Assembly: GCA_963621535.1 (NCBI GenBank)
Contig: CAVFEQ010000003.1
Coordinates: forward strand, 5,926-69,925
Reading direction: 5' to 3'
Length of the DNA: 64,000 bases
Source: Paludibacteraceae bacterium
GTDB taxonomy: Bacteria > Bacillota_I > Bacilli_A > RFN20 > CAG-826
Positions 1-9,793 of the stretch are shown in pieces; the stretch's first letter is position 1, and each line of letters starts with the position of its first letter. Under the pieces are notes generated by a model. The model was not told the origin of the DNA and did not search any database. It was given only the letters and a program-made list of their open reading frames with translations. The position numbers and the translations under genes were made by a program.

Positions 1-1721
1 TATTCGGTAACCATGGAACGGGCAAGGCGGGTGGCTTCCTGAATGTCGTTGCTGGCCCCAGTCGTCACATCGCCAAAGAAGATCTCTTCCGAAGCGCGTC
101 CGCCGAGCAAGCCGACGATGCGGGCGATCATCTCGTTTTTCGTCAGCAGGAAGCGATCATCTTCCGGGGTCATGAGGACGTGGCCGCCCGTGTTGCCGCG
201 AGGAATGATCGTAATCTTCTGCACTTTGTCGCTATAAGGGAGATTGATGCCAATAACGGCGTGGCCGGCTTCATGGTAAGCGACCTCTTCCCTTTCATGG
301 GCCGAGAGCCCTTTGGAATTCTTCGCTGGACCGGAGATGCGCCGATCAACCGCCTCATCGATTTCGGCCATGCCGATGTCGGGCTTGTTCTCACGAACCG
401 CCAAGATGGCGGCTTCATTAAGAACGTTGTCCAAGTCCGCGCCGGAGAAGCCGACGGTTCGCTTAGAAAGAGCTTTGAAGTCGACGCTGGGGCTGATTTT
501 CTTATTCCTAGCATGCACTTTAAGAATTGCCTCACGCCCAGCGGCATCAGGCAAAGAAACGGTGATGGTCCTATCGAAACGCCCAGCGCGGCGAAGCGCG
601 GGGTCAAGGATGTCGTCGCGGTTGGTCGCGGCGATGACCAAGATGCCAGAGTTCGCTTCGAACCCGTCCATTTCAACGAGCAGTTGATTCAAGGTTTGCT
701 CGCGCTCATCGTTGCCTCCGCCTAAGCCGGCGCCTCTTTGACGTCCGACGGCGTCGATTTCATCAATGAAGATAAGGCAGGGGGCGCTTTGCTTGGCCTT
801 CTTGAAAAGGTCGCGGACACGCCCGGCGCCGACGCCGACATACATTTCGACGAAGTCCGAGCCGGAGATGGAATAGAAAGGGACGCCCGCTTCGCCGGCG
901 ACGGCTTTAGCAAGCAAGGTTTTACCGGTGCCAGGCGGGCCGATAAGGAGAACGCCTTTAGGCAAGCGCGCGCCGAATTGAGAATATTTCTTGGGATCCT
1001 TCAAATAGGCGACAAGCTCAACCATTTCGGCCTTTTCAGCGTCGCAGCCAGCGACATCGGCGAAGCGGACTTTCGAAGAATCCGTCCTTCTTGCCGGCGA
1101 TTTGTTGAATGACATCACCTGGCCGTTGGCGCCGTTGACCGAGGAATTAAGTCTCCAGAAGAGGTAGACGCCAAGGATCAAGACCACGCCTGTAGAGAGG
1201 ATGGTCGGTCCCCAAGTGTCCCACCAGGTAACTTGGAAGGCATCCGAGGTCGCCATTTTCGGCGTCAGGTTCGGATTGTCTTTGTAATGGACTTTGGCCT
1301 GTTCGATGACGGAGCGGAAGAGCTCTTGGTAGGAAACGTGGGTTCTTCCAGAGACCGTGAAAGAGGTCTCCCATTCGCTTTGGCCGATGACCGAGGTGAA
1401 TCTAACATAGTTGTTGGACCCATTGACGTAAGTGCCGCTGACGGTCACCGCGCGGTAATTCTGCGAAACGTCCACGCTGACGACCTTCTTTTCAGACGAG
1501 GCATAGTCAGAATACTCGTAGGTCTTGTATGCCGTGGCGTCACTATCATCAATCACGTAGCCTACATTGCTATCGATATCGGATTCGGCCCAGGTTTCGC
1601 TTCCTGAAGAAAGCCTTGAAACGATTAGATAAACAAAAACACCAATGGTGGCGGCAATAAGAACGTAGGGCAACAGGTAGGAGAATATGCTTCTTTTGCG
1701 AGGCGCGTTTCCGTCATTCAT
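1..1721 (-). CDS. ftsH: ATP-dependent zinc metalloprotease FtsH (3' end runs off window)
   Basis: Minus-strand translation from ATG at about 1721: [10 protein letters not shown]... with one N-terminal TM segment. AAA Walker A (GPPGTGKT) and the HEAGH zinc motif are present. Not listed as one ORF in the track because it is truncated at the window edge. Confidence 0.9.
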   Translation of the reverse strand, partial: MNDGNAPRKRSIFSYLLPYVLIAATIGVFVYLIVSRLSSGSETWAESDIDSNVGYVIDDSDATAYKTYEYSDYASSEKKVVSVDVSQNYRAVTVSGTYVNGSNNYVRFTSVIGQSEWETSFTVSGRTHVSYQELFRSVIEQAKVHYKDNPNLTPKMATSDAFQVTWWDTWGPTILSTGVVLILGVYLFWRLNSSVNGANGQVMSFNKSPARRTDSSKVRFADVAGCDAEKAEMVELVAYLKDPKKYSQFGARLPKGVLLIGPPGTGKTLLAKAVAGEAGVPFYSISGSDFVEMYVGVGAGRVRDLFKKAKQSAPCLIFIDEIDAVGRQRGAGLGGGNDEREQTLNQLLVEMDGFEANSGILVIAATNRDDILDPALRRAGRFDRTITVSLPDAAGREAILKVHARNKKISPSVDFKALSKRTVGFSGADLDNVLNEAAILAVRENKPDIGMAEIDEAVDRRISGPAKNSKGLSAHEREEVAYHEAGHAVIGINLPYSDKVQKITIIPRGNTGGHVLMTPEDDRFLLTKNEMIARIVGLLGGRASEEIFFGDVTTGASNDIQEATRLARSMVTE

Positions 1722-1826
1722 ATAGTTTTATCCTTTCTCTTCCTAAGTATTAGGAAGCACTTTAATTTTTCAGCGTGAGTAAATGTAAAGCAATTTCGCG
1801 TTTATGCAAGGAAATTAGGGGCGATT

Positions 1827-3089
1827 TCAGTCATTGGTTGACTTTTTTACGACCAACTTCGAAACGTGGTATTCCGAGAAATTCCTGCGGTAACGGGGAA
1901 CGTAGACGATTTTGCCTTCCTTATTCACGAAAACAGGCCAGGTCTCGCGGAGATCAATCGGCATGTTCCACATCGAATAAAGTTTGCGCACAGGTTCGAC
2001 GTAACCGTGGATTTTCGCGATGTCAGACTGCACGGCGTTACGGATGGTCAAAGGATAATCTTCAGGGTGAATCCCACGGTCTTCCGCACCCATAGAGAAG
2101 TCGATTGAGAGTTCATCGGTCTCTAGTTCCCCGGGGGAAGATAAGGTGTAGGAATAATGGATGACATTGATGTTCTTCTCTAAAGTCAAGACATCATAGT
2201 CTTTGACCAAGGAAAACCCATCCTTCAAGGGATAGACCGAATTCGTGGTCATATCAAGGCAAAAGGCGCGAATCGCTTCGAAATCCTTTGGGGTTAAGGT
2301 GATGGAGGGGACCTTCTGAACGAATTTGATCAAAGCGGCGGCGAAATCGTCTTTCGCTAACGCGATCAGGGGACGGATTTCCAGCTCGCCCGCTTCTTCG
2401 CCATCGTTCTTGATTGTCTCAACGGATTTGATGAGCCCTAAGCTCTCATCCGCTTCTTTGAGCATCTGGGAAAGGATGTTCTCGCGTTCGATTTCATTCA
2501 TTTTCGATACACGGTCCTTGCGGATTGCGGAACGGGTCGTCTGATCAAGGGCGGTCTCCGTGCCAGGATTGAAGGGAACGTTGTTTTCTAGGTTATAGTC
2601 GAGGAGGTCTTGCTTGGAGTATTCAAGAACCGGGCGGAGGAGCAGCATTCCGTTCAGCGTGCTCACCTTGCTATAACTGACGCTGTTGCCTTTTTTCTTA
2701 TGGTCGATCGCCTTAAGGTAGGCCTCGATCATGTCGTCTTGGACATGCGCAAGCAAAAGAGCCGAGGCGTTATACTCATCATAAAGTTTCTTATACCAGT
2801 CATAACGCATGCGCTTGGCCCAATCGTGGAAAGTCTCCTCGAGGTGAAGCTGCTCGTTTTGCGGCAAAGTCGCGGTGTCCAAAAGCCTGAAGATCAAGCC
2901 TTTTTCCCGGCAATACTCCCCTAATTTGGTCATGTCGTCGGTTGAGAAATCGAATTTGTGGTAGTCGATCGCGGCAACGATTGGCTTGATGCCTTCTTTC
3001 TGGAGCATGTCGAGCATCGCCATAGAATCGGAGCCATAGCTTACCGCGGCGATGTAATTGGCTTTGGGGTCAAATCTGAATTCAAGCAT
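1827..3089 (-). CDS. tilS: tRNA(Ile)-lysidine synthetase
   Basis: 420 aa. N-terminal PP-loop ATPase motif (VSYGSDSM). Lies immediately upstream of ftsH, the conserved tilS-(hpt)-ftsH neighbourhood; no hpt between them here. Confidence 0.85.
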   Translation of the reverse strand: MLEFRFDPKANYIAAVSYGSDSMAMLDMLQKEGIKPIVAAIDYHKFDFSTDDMTKLGEYCREKGLIFRLLDTATLPQNEQLHLEETFHDWAKRMRYDWYKKLYDEYNASALLLAHVQDDMIEAYLKAIDHKKKGNSVSYSKVSTLNGMLLLRPVLEYSKQDLLDYNLENNVPFNPGTETALDQTTRSAIRKDRVSKMNEIERENILSQMLKEADESLGLIKSVETIKNDGEEAGELEIRPLIALAKDDFAAALIKFVQKVPSITLTPKDFEAIRAFCLDMTTNSVYPLKDGFSLVKDYDVLTLEKNINVIHYSYTLSSPGELETDELSIDFSMGAEDRGIHPEDYPLTIRNAVQSDIAKIHGYVEPVRKLYSMWNMPIDLRETWPVFVNKEGKIVYVPRYRRNFSEYHVSKLVVKKSTND

Positions 3090-3354
3090 GGTTCGTTCCT
3101 CCTAATGATTCATCGGATATGATTTCGTAGAGATTAGCGGCGTCGCTTTTAGAGGCGAAGGGTCGCACTTCCTTAATCGATACGATCACTTTCCTTCTCC
3201 CCAAGGAGAGAGTCAAGGTATCGCCAGGAGCGATTTCGCTTGAAGGCTTAGCCTGCTTGCCGTTGAGAAGGACATCTCCATCGTCGCAGAGCTTCTTGGC
3301 GACTTCTCTTCGAAGCACTAGGCGCGAAACTTTAAGGAACTTGTCAATTCTCAC
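3082..3354 (-). CDS. S4-domain RNA-binding protein (Hsp15/YabO-like)
   Basis: 90 aa. MRIDKFLKVSRLV...LLNGK... is typical of an S4 fold. Overlaps the tilS start by 8 nt. Confidence 0.7.
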   Translation of the reverse strand: MRIDKFLKVSRLVLRREVAKKLCDDGDVLLNGKQAKPSSEIAPGDTLTLSLGRRKVIVSIKEVRPFASKSDAANLYEIISDESLGGTNHA

Positions 3355-3387
3355 GCCGCTAATCCTACCACAAATCCCTTCTAGGGA

Positions 3388-6300
3388 TTACTTGCACAAA
3401 CCATGTTTGACAGCGAGAAGATGAATGATGTTCATGATGCTCTCCAAATCATCAAGCCACTTCTCGCGCTTGGTTAGAATTAGACGCAGCTTCTTTTGCA
3501 AATAGGACATCCGGATAACCTCAAGGTAGCCGCTTAAAGCGTTGAAAAGTTCATACCCCATGCCGTCTTGTGAAGAAAAGAGGTCGGAGAGGTAAATATC
3601 AACGGTCTTGCCATTCTCATCAAGCGACCCAAATTCAGGGGAGTTCAGCAGGATATCAATCCGCTTCTTTTGCAGAAGTAAGGCCACTTCTGCGGGGATT
3701 TTGCCGTAAATGTCCTTCATTTTCTTGGCGCAGGCATCCAAATCTTGTTTCGTCTCCACATCATCTAACTCTTGGTAAAGCTCAATCTTGTCGCCGTCGT
3801 CAGCATACTTTTGCGGAATGTAAGCGTCGATTTTGAAAAGCTTCCGGGCAGTCCTATCCTTAGGCTTGATGCCTTTGGTTTTTTCGTCCACCGCTTCATT
3901 GAGCATCTTTAAGTACAAGTCCAAACCAACCGAATCAATGAACCCGGCCTGCTCAGGACCCAAGATATCCCCAGCCCCGCGGATCATGAGGTCGCGTTGG
4001 GCGATTTTGTAGCCGCTTCCTAGCTCGGTGAATTCCTGAATCGCTTTGAGCCTTTTAGCGGCGTCCTCATTCATGTTCTTCGACGGCTTATACATCAAAT
4101 AAGCATAGGCGATGCGGTTCCCTCGTCCGACGCGCCCTTTGATTTGGTAAAGCTGAGCTAAGCCAAAACGATCGGCGTCCTCGACGATGATCATGTTCGC
4201 GTTTGGGACGTCGATGCCATTTTCCACGATGGAGGTGCACACCAAAACATTGATGTCCCCATCGTAAAATCGACTCATCACCTCTTCTGACTCTTCCCGG
4301 TCCATTTGCCCGTGGACAACGCCTATTTTGGCATTGGGGATGCGCTTGGACATTTTGGTGGCGACGTTATAGATCGTCTCAACATTATTGTGCACATAAA
4401 AGGCTTGACCGCCTCTAGCGAGTTCTTTTTCCACCAATTCATCCGCGACGTCTTGTTTGAAAGGGGTGACGTAGGTTTGGATTGGCATGCGGCTAGGCGG
4501 AGCGGTATTGATTTCCGAAATCGGGCGGATGCCCACTAAGGACATTTGCAATGTCCGCGGGATCGGGGTCGCGGAAAGAGTGAGGACGTCTACGTCTTTT
4601 TTGAGCTCTTTGATCTTTTCCTTTTGCTCAACGCCGAACCTTTGCTCCTCATCGACAATCAATAAGCCCAAGTCTTTATAGGCGATGGTTTTGGACAAAA
4701 GACGATGGGTGCCGATGACAAAATCCAGGTTCCCGTCTGCAAGGTCTTTGATGATTTTCTTTTGCTCGTTGGGCGGAACAAGGCGAGAAAGCAGGCCAAG
4801 ACGGATCCCAAATGAGGCAAAACGATTCTGGGCAACCTCAAAGTGCTGCCTAGCCAAAAGGGTGGTCGGGACGAGCATCGCGACCTGTTTGCCGGAGTCG
4901 ATCGCTTTGAAAGCCGCCCGGAAGGCAATCTCGGTCTTGCCGAATCCGACGTCTCCGCAGACAAGGCGGTCCATGATTTCTGGCGACTCCATGTCGTGTT
5001 TTATTTCGTCCACCACCTTTTGCTGATCCGGAGTCAGCTCATAAGGGAATTCCCCCTCGAACTGCCTTTGCAAATCATCGTCTTCAGGGAAAGAGAACCC
5101 GCGCAGTTTCGCTCTGGCCCCATAAAGCGCGATCAAACGCTCAGCCAGCTTGTTGATTTTTTCCTGAATCTTGCCCTTCTGCTTTTTCCACTCGCCGCTA
5201 GAAAGGCGGTTCAACCTAGGCGCGGCGCCTTCTCTGCCCGCGTATTTCCTCACCAAGCGAAACTGCTCAAGAGGGACGTAAAGCGATTCATTTCCCGCGT
5301 AGGCGATATGCAAGAAGTCACGATGAATCCCATCGATCTCAATGGTCTTCACGCCTAAAAACTGGCCGATTCCATTATGCTCGTGAACCACATAATCACC
5401 CGGTCTAAGGTCTTCATAACTCCGCAAAACCTGGGAATTTTTGAATCTTGCGGTGAATCTCGTGTTGATAGAGCGGTGGCCGAAAAGCTCTGCGCTGGTT
5501 AAGCAGGCAAGCTTCAAGGAAGGGATCTCGAAGCCTTCCGCGATAGGCGTGCTCGTCAAGCCGATCTTTTCATCTATCGGCAGCGATAGCCCCTCAACCT
5601 CTTCATAAGAGAGCCCCGCGTCTTTTAAGAAAGAAACGATGGTCAGCCTTTGGTGAGGGTCGGGCAAAGAAATCAGCAATTTGTCATTTCCGTTAAGGTA
5701 ATTCTTGATGAGCTGAATGACATAGGCGAGATTCCGCGAAGGGACGTTGATGGGATGGACCAAGAATTCTTTAACGCCGAAAGAGGAGGCGAAAGCAGTC
5801 CCGTAAGCCACTTTCCGCGCATCGCCAAACGCCTGATCAAGGCTCATATACAAACTTAGACGAGAAAGGTTGAAACCCTTTAAAAAGGATTCCGCCAAAT
5901 AATCCGTAGCCTCTTGGTAAAGCTGGCTGGTGGCCTTTTGGAAATTCTCTTTGTTGGCTACAAAAATGAGTTCGGGATTGAAATATTCCAAAACGGAATG
6001 GGCTTCGCCAAGAGCGAATCCGTAGTAACGGTAAAGCTCGTTTCGATAATTCCGCGAGATGAAATTCTCAAGAGCGATCGGGAAGTTTTGCTTTAGCATC
6101 TCCGCGGATTCTGGCTTAAGGAGAAGGCAATCTTTCTGCATCCGATCATTGCCCTTTTGGGCGAAAGAGGCCAATTCATCCTCATTCAAAAACAAATCGG
6201 TTGCAGGGAGAATGGAAACCTCGTCTATTTTCTTGTTGGATTCCTGCGATCTCGGATTGAAAAAGCGGATCGATTCAATCTCATCGCCAAAAAACTCCAG

Positions 6301-6867
6301 ACGAATCGGATCCAAATAGGAAACGGAATAAATATCCAAGATGTCTCCGCGCGAGGCGAACTGCAGACTTTTCTCAACGTGGGAAGTCCCTTGGTAGCCA
6401 AGATTGACCAGTTTCTCTTTTAAGGTCGCCAAATCATAGGAATCACCTACTTTGAAACGAATCGTCTCCTCTTTGAATCTTTCGGGGGAAGGCAAGTAGC
6501 GAAGCAAACCGGAAGGGTGGGTGATCAAGATCTTGGGGCCGGGTTCGCCTAGCTGCCCAAGCGCATAAAGCCTTTGCGAAAGCAATTCCCTAGAAGAGGA
6601 AAGGGCCTCCGCTCTTAATAGCTCGTCATTTGGAAAAAAGACAATTTGGTTTTCGCTCGCGAAGTTGAGCAGAAATTCATAGAGCTTCTGCGCGTTATAT
6701 TGATTAGAGCAAACAATCGCGTAATTCCCGGGTCTTTTTTTGAAAATCGCCGCAAAAGCCAGCCCAACGCCTAAAGTCTCATCAATTACTAGATCCCCTT
6801 TTTTCTGCAAAAGAGGGGAAACAAAATCCAAATCGTATATCTTGCTTAAGAGTTCGCTTTGATCCAT
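3388..6867 (-). CDS. mfd: transcription-repair coupling factor
   Basis: 1159 aa. UvrB-homology N-terminus, superfamily-2 helicase motifs (GDVGFGKTE, DEEQRFG) and a TRCF C-terminal domain. Confidence 0.95.
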   Translation of the reverse strand: MDQSELLSKIYDLDFVSPLLQKKGDLVIDETLGVGLAFAAIFKKRPGNYAIVCSNQYNAQKLYEFLLNFASENQIVFFPNDELLRAEALSSSRELLSQRLYALGQLGEPGPKILITHPSGLLRYLPSPERFKEETIRFKVGDSYDLATLKEKLVNLGYQGTSHVEKSLQFASRGDILDIYSVSYLDPIRLEFFGDEIESIRFFNPRSQESNKKIDEVSILPATDLFLNEDELASFAQKGNDRMQKDCLLLKPESAEMLKQNFPIALENFISRNYRNELYRYYGFALGEAHSVLEYFNPELIFVANKENFQKATSQLYQEATDYLAESFLKGFNLSRLSLYMSLDQAFGDARKVAYGTAFASSFGVKEFLVHPINVPSRNLAYVIQLIKNYLNGNDKLLISLPDPHQRLTIVSFLKDAGLSYEEVEGLSLPIDEKIGLTSTPIAEGFEIPSLKLACLTSAELFGHRSINTRFTARFKNSQVLRSYEDLRPGDYVVHEHNGIGQFLGVKTIEIDGIHRDFLHIAYAGNESLYVPLEQFRLVRKYAGREGAAPRLNRLSSGEWKKQKGKIQEKINKLAERLIALYGARAKLRGFSFPEDDDLQRQFEGEFPYELTPDQQKVVDEIKHDMESPEIMDRLVCGDVGFGKTEIAFRAAFKAIDSGKQVAMLVPTTLLARQHFEVAQNRFASFGIRLGLLSRLVPPNEQKKIIKDLADGNLDFVIGTHRLLSKTIAYKDLGLLIVDEEQRFGVEQKEKIKELKKDVDVLTLSATPIPRTLQMSLVGIRPISEINTAPPSRMPIQTYVTPFKQDVADELVEKELARGGQAFYVHNNVETIYNVATKMSKRIPNAKIGVVHGQMDREESEEVMSRFYDGDINVLVCTSIVENGIDVPNANMIIVEDADRFGLAQLYQIKGRVGRGNRIAYAYLMYKPSKNMNEDAAKRLKAIQEFTELGSGYKIAQRDLMIRGAGDILGPEQAGFIDSVGLDLYLKMLNEAVDEKTKGIKPKDRTARKLFKIDAYIPQKYADDGDKIELYQELDDVETKQDLDACAKKMKDIYGKIPAEVALLLQKKRIDILLNSPEFGSLDENGKTVDIYLSDLFSSQDGMGYELFNALSGYLEVIRMSYLQKKLRLILTKREKWLDDLESIMNIIHLLAVKHGLCK

Positions 6868-6874
6868 GACTTAT

Positions 6875-7435
6875 TCATCTGTTGTAGTGGTTCATAGCGT
6901 AGGTAAACCCTTTTTGCAAAGCGTCCCTAATGGCTTTCGATGCGTTTTCGATTCCTTCTTCCACCAGCGTCTTTTCTTCGCCGCTAGGTTTGCCAAGAAC
7001 CCAATCGACCCCTGAATGAGGCGGCTCGCCGATGCCGATTCGAATGCGTGGGAAGGCTTCGCTCTTTATGCTTGCGATGATCGAGCGCATTCCATTATGC
7101 GATCCGCTGCTCCCCGATGGACGAAGGCGAATCTTGCCAGGGGGCAAGGCCATATCATCGTAAACGACGATCAAATCAGCGGGAGCGATTTTGTAGTAAT
7201 CCATCAAGGGCCGAACGAAATCGCCGGAAAGGTTCATAAACGTTTCAGGCTTAGCAATAATAAGAGGTTCAGGGAAGGAGGGATCTTTGACGATGGCGTA
7301 AACGCCGCTAAATTTTTGGTGGTCGAAATCAACTTTGCACATTTCCGCAAACTTATCCACCGCCATAAAACCCATGTTGTGACGGGTTGATTCGTATTGC
7401 TTTCCCGGATTGCCGAGCCCAACGACTAATTTCAT
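6875..7435 (-). CDS. pth: peptidyl-tRNA hydrolase
   Basis: 186 aa. MKLVVGLGNPG...TRHNMGF matches the canonical Pth N-terminus. pth-mfd is a conserved pair. Confidence 0.95.
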   Translation of the reverse strand: MKLVVGLGNPGKQYESTRHNMGFMAVDKFAEMCKVDFDHQKFSGVYAIVKDPSFPEPLIIAKPETFMNLSGDFVRPLMDYYKIAPADLIVVYDDMALPPGKIRLRPSGSSGSHNGMRSIIASIKSEAFPRIRIGIGEPPHSGVDWVLGKPSGEEKTLVEEGIENASKAIRDALQKGFTYAMNHYNR

Positions 7436-7971
7436 GCTTTATTTCCAATTGCGGAAAGACGGTGCAACACTGAAAGAATCTTATCGATACCTTGGGCATC
7501 ATAAAATTCCAAAGGATGGTCTTTAAACGACTCGATCATGTCCGCCTGCTCTTCCATGCCAGGGGCTCCGCGCATCTGGCGCAAAGAGGCCTTCATCATG
7601 AGGTTATAAGGAAAGCGCAGTTTGGAGAAATCAAAAGAGCCGCGCAGCTGATAGAAACGGATGTGGTAGATGTCGAGGACGTTCGTTGAAATCAAGCTGT
7701 CCCTAGATTCGGGAGTAGGAAAGCCCATCCCTGAAGCGAAGATCAAGACGTTTTTGTTTTCCATCTCGTCGAAATGAGCCAGGAAGTTATCAATCCCTTG
7801 GATTTTATTCCCCATAACCCAGCCGCCATAAACGACCGTGTCATAATCGTCGATGTTCTTCCATTTATATTTCTTTAATGGGAGCGCATCTCCCTGAATG
7901 CCCGCGGCGATATCTTCCGCGTATTTCTTCGTTCCGCCTGTAGCGGAGGTATAGAGAATAAGAGTTCGCAT
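7432..7971 (-). CDS. flavodoxin-like protein
   Basis: 179 aa. ILYTSATGGTKKYAE flavodoxin phosphate-binding loop. 4-nt overlap with pth. Confidence 0.6.
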   Translation of the reverse strand: MRTLILYTSATGGTKKYAEDIAAGIQGDALPLKKYKWKNIDDYDTVVYGGWVMGNKIQGIDNFLAHFDEMENKNVLIFASGMGFPTPESRDSLISTNVLDIYHIRFYQLRGSFDFSKLRFPYNLMMKASLRQMRGAPGMEEQADMIESFKDHPLEFYDAQGIDKILSVLHRLSAIGNKA

Positions 7972-8117
7972 AGCGAAAGGATATTACCATAGGCAATAAA
8001 AATGAGGGATTTCTTTTTACGACCAAAGAAGAAATTTGACGCTAAAAACAGCCATAAAAGAGTTTTTAATTGACAATTTTCCGCCCGTTTTTACGATACT
8101 CAAAAAGGAGCCGACTT

Positions 8118-8729
8118 ATGCCTAGAACTGCCGAACAGAACAAAGCCTTAAAAGAGAAAAGGAAGAATCGCCTTCTCAACGTTTCGCTTAAGATGTTCGC
8201 CACAAAAGGGTATGCGCTTGTCACGACCGACAGCATCAGCAGAGGGGCGCGCATTTCTCATGGCCTCTTCTACCATTACTTCTCTTCCAAAGACGATGCC
8301 TTTCAGGAAACGGTTCGCCATTTCCTTCTCGGCTCAAACAGTCCCTTTTTAAGCGCGGCGAATATGAAAGCCTACCATGGAGTCGATGGCCTTAAGAAAT
8401 TTTTCGAAATCGCAGATCTTGTCCAAAAAGGGGATCAGACCAACCTTTACATGGCGAAAATCATCCTCGACATCGAAAAAGGATCGGCCAAGGGACCTGC
8501 CATAAAAGAAGCGAAAGAACGTTTCGATTTCCCCGGAACTTTCGAAAGGCTCATCTCCGAAGGCCAAAAGGAAGGCGAGGTAATCGCGGGAGACCCAAAG
8601 GAAATCACCTCGGCTTTCTACAACATGTTCGTCGGGCTTATTGATAGTTTGCTGGCGGGGGAAGAGAAAACGAAAAAGCCCGTCTCCAAAGACACTTTGC
8701 TCGCGATGGCGTTAAAAAAGCCTCTCTAA
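8118..8729 (+). CDS. TetR/AcrR family transcriptional regulator
   Basis: Start set at ATG 8118, after RBS AAAAGGAG. N-terminal HTH (LKMFATKGYALVTTDSISRGARISHGLFYHYFSSKDDAF) fits the TetR family. TTGACA -35 near 8071. Confidence 0.75.
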   Translation: MPRTAEQNKALKEKRKNRLLNVSLKMFATKGYALVTTDSISRGARISHGLFYHYFSSKDDAFQETVRHFLLGSNSPFLSAANMKAYHGVDGLKKFFEIADLVQKGDQTNLYMAKIILDIEKGSAKGPAIKEAKERFDFPGTFERLISEGQKEGEVIAGDPKEITSAFYNMFVGLIDSLLAGEEKTKKPVSKDTLLAMALKKPL

Positions 8730-8785
8730 AAACGAAGATTTCTCTGTTCTTAGCAAAAACAAGGAGTGCAGCGAGAAAGAGTAGG

Positions 8786-9625
8786 CTAATTCTTTTTGAT
8801 GTTCCTGGCTTTGCTCGGGGTCATGCCCGTGGTCTTTAAGAAAAGCTTATAGAAATAGGATAGATTTGTGTAACCAACAAAGTCGCAGATTTCCTCTACG
8901 GTATAGTCCGTCCTTTGCAATAGATAATTGGCGTAGTTGATTTTCTGTTTGTTGAAGTAATCCGTCATGGTCATATGGAAGGCTTTTTTAAAAGATCGAC
9001 GGATATAATCCGGAGTAAAAGCGATATCCTTGATCAACTCGGAGCAATCGTATTTGAAGTTGTCAGAAGTCGACAAACGCGTGGCTATATTATTCAGCCA
9101 GTTGGGAATGGCCGGGCTTGATTCCTTAAGGTTATAGGACACCAGCAAGTTCACTAAATAAGTCACCAGCATTTTTGCCGCTAAAGCGTATTCTTTGGTG
9201 TTCGGGTTTAAGAATAAAGACGGAGCCAGGCTTTCAATAGAATAGATTTCCTCACTCGAAAAACGAATTTTCCGATTGTATTTATCGCTTGTTATGTCCT
9301 GGAAAAGAGTCGGCGAGAAGAAGTCGCAAACCCCTTTAAAGTAAGGCGTCGAAATCAAAATATCGCGCCTAAGAAACGACCCGTCGTCACGTTTATAGAA
9401 ACCATGGACGTCGCTAGGAATCAAAAGGCGGGCATCTCCTCTTTTCAGTTGCAGCCTTTCTCCATTGAACTCTTCGTCACCGCCGCCATCGTAAACATAA
9501 AAGATCTCAATGTAAGTGTGACGATGGAGCGGCACCCTTTCATTTTGGGCGCTCTGCGTGAATACGGGAGCCTCATTTTGAACCGTGCACTTTAAGCCCA
9601 GGACGATAACTTCGTTGTTTTCCAT
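8786..9625 (-). CDS. AraC/XylS family transcriptional regulator (cupin N-domain plus HTH)
   Basis: 279 aa. C-terminal AraC-type double HTH (ICDFVGYTNLSYFYKLFLKTTGMTPSKAR). Divergent from surface-protein gene A. Confidence 0.85.
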   Translation of the reverse strand: MENNEVIVLGLKCTVQNEAPVFTQSAQNERVPLHRHTYIEIFYVYDGGGDEEFNGERLQLKRGDARLLIPSDVHGFYKRDDGSFLRRDILISTPYFKGVCDFFSPTLFQDITSDKYNRKIRFSSEEIYSIESLAPSLFLNPNTKEYALAAKMLVTYLVNLLVSYNLKESSPAIPNWLNNIATRLSTSDNFKYDCSELIKDIAFTPDYIRRSFKKAFHMTMTDYFNKQKINYANYLLQRTDYTVEEICDFVGYTNLSYFYKLFLKTTGMTPSKARNIKKN

Positions 9626-9793
9626 GTAACTAAAGTATCACCCAAAAAGGGTTTATCCAAAGAAAATTGGTCGTTCTAGAACATTTTCGATGCGCTTTAG
9701 TTCATTTTTATGACCAATGTAAGCGCTTTATAATTTGACTAATCAATTTTATTTAGGCCGTCCTATTGGGCGGCCAGTTAAGGAGAAATGCCT

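Noticed and set aside
1846-1858. 13-mer TTTTTACGACCAA occurring both inside the tilS 3' coding region and at about 8011-8023 upstream of the flavodoxin gene
   Set aside because: One copy is coding and the other intergenic, and no further structure surrounds them. Most likely coincidence.
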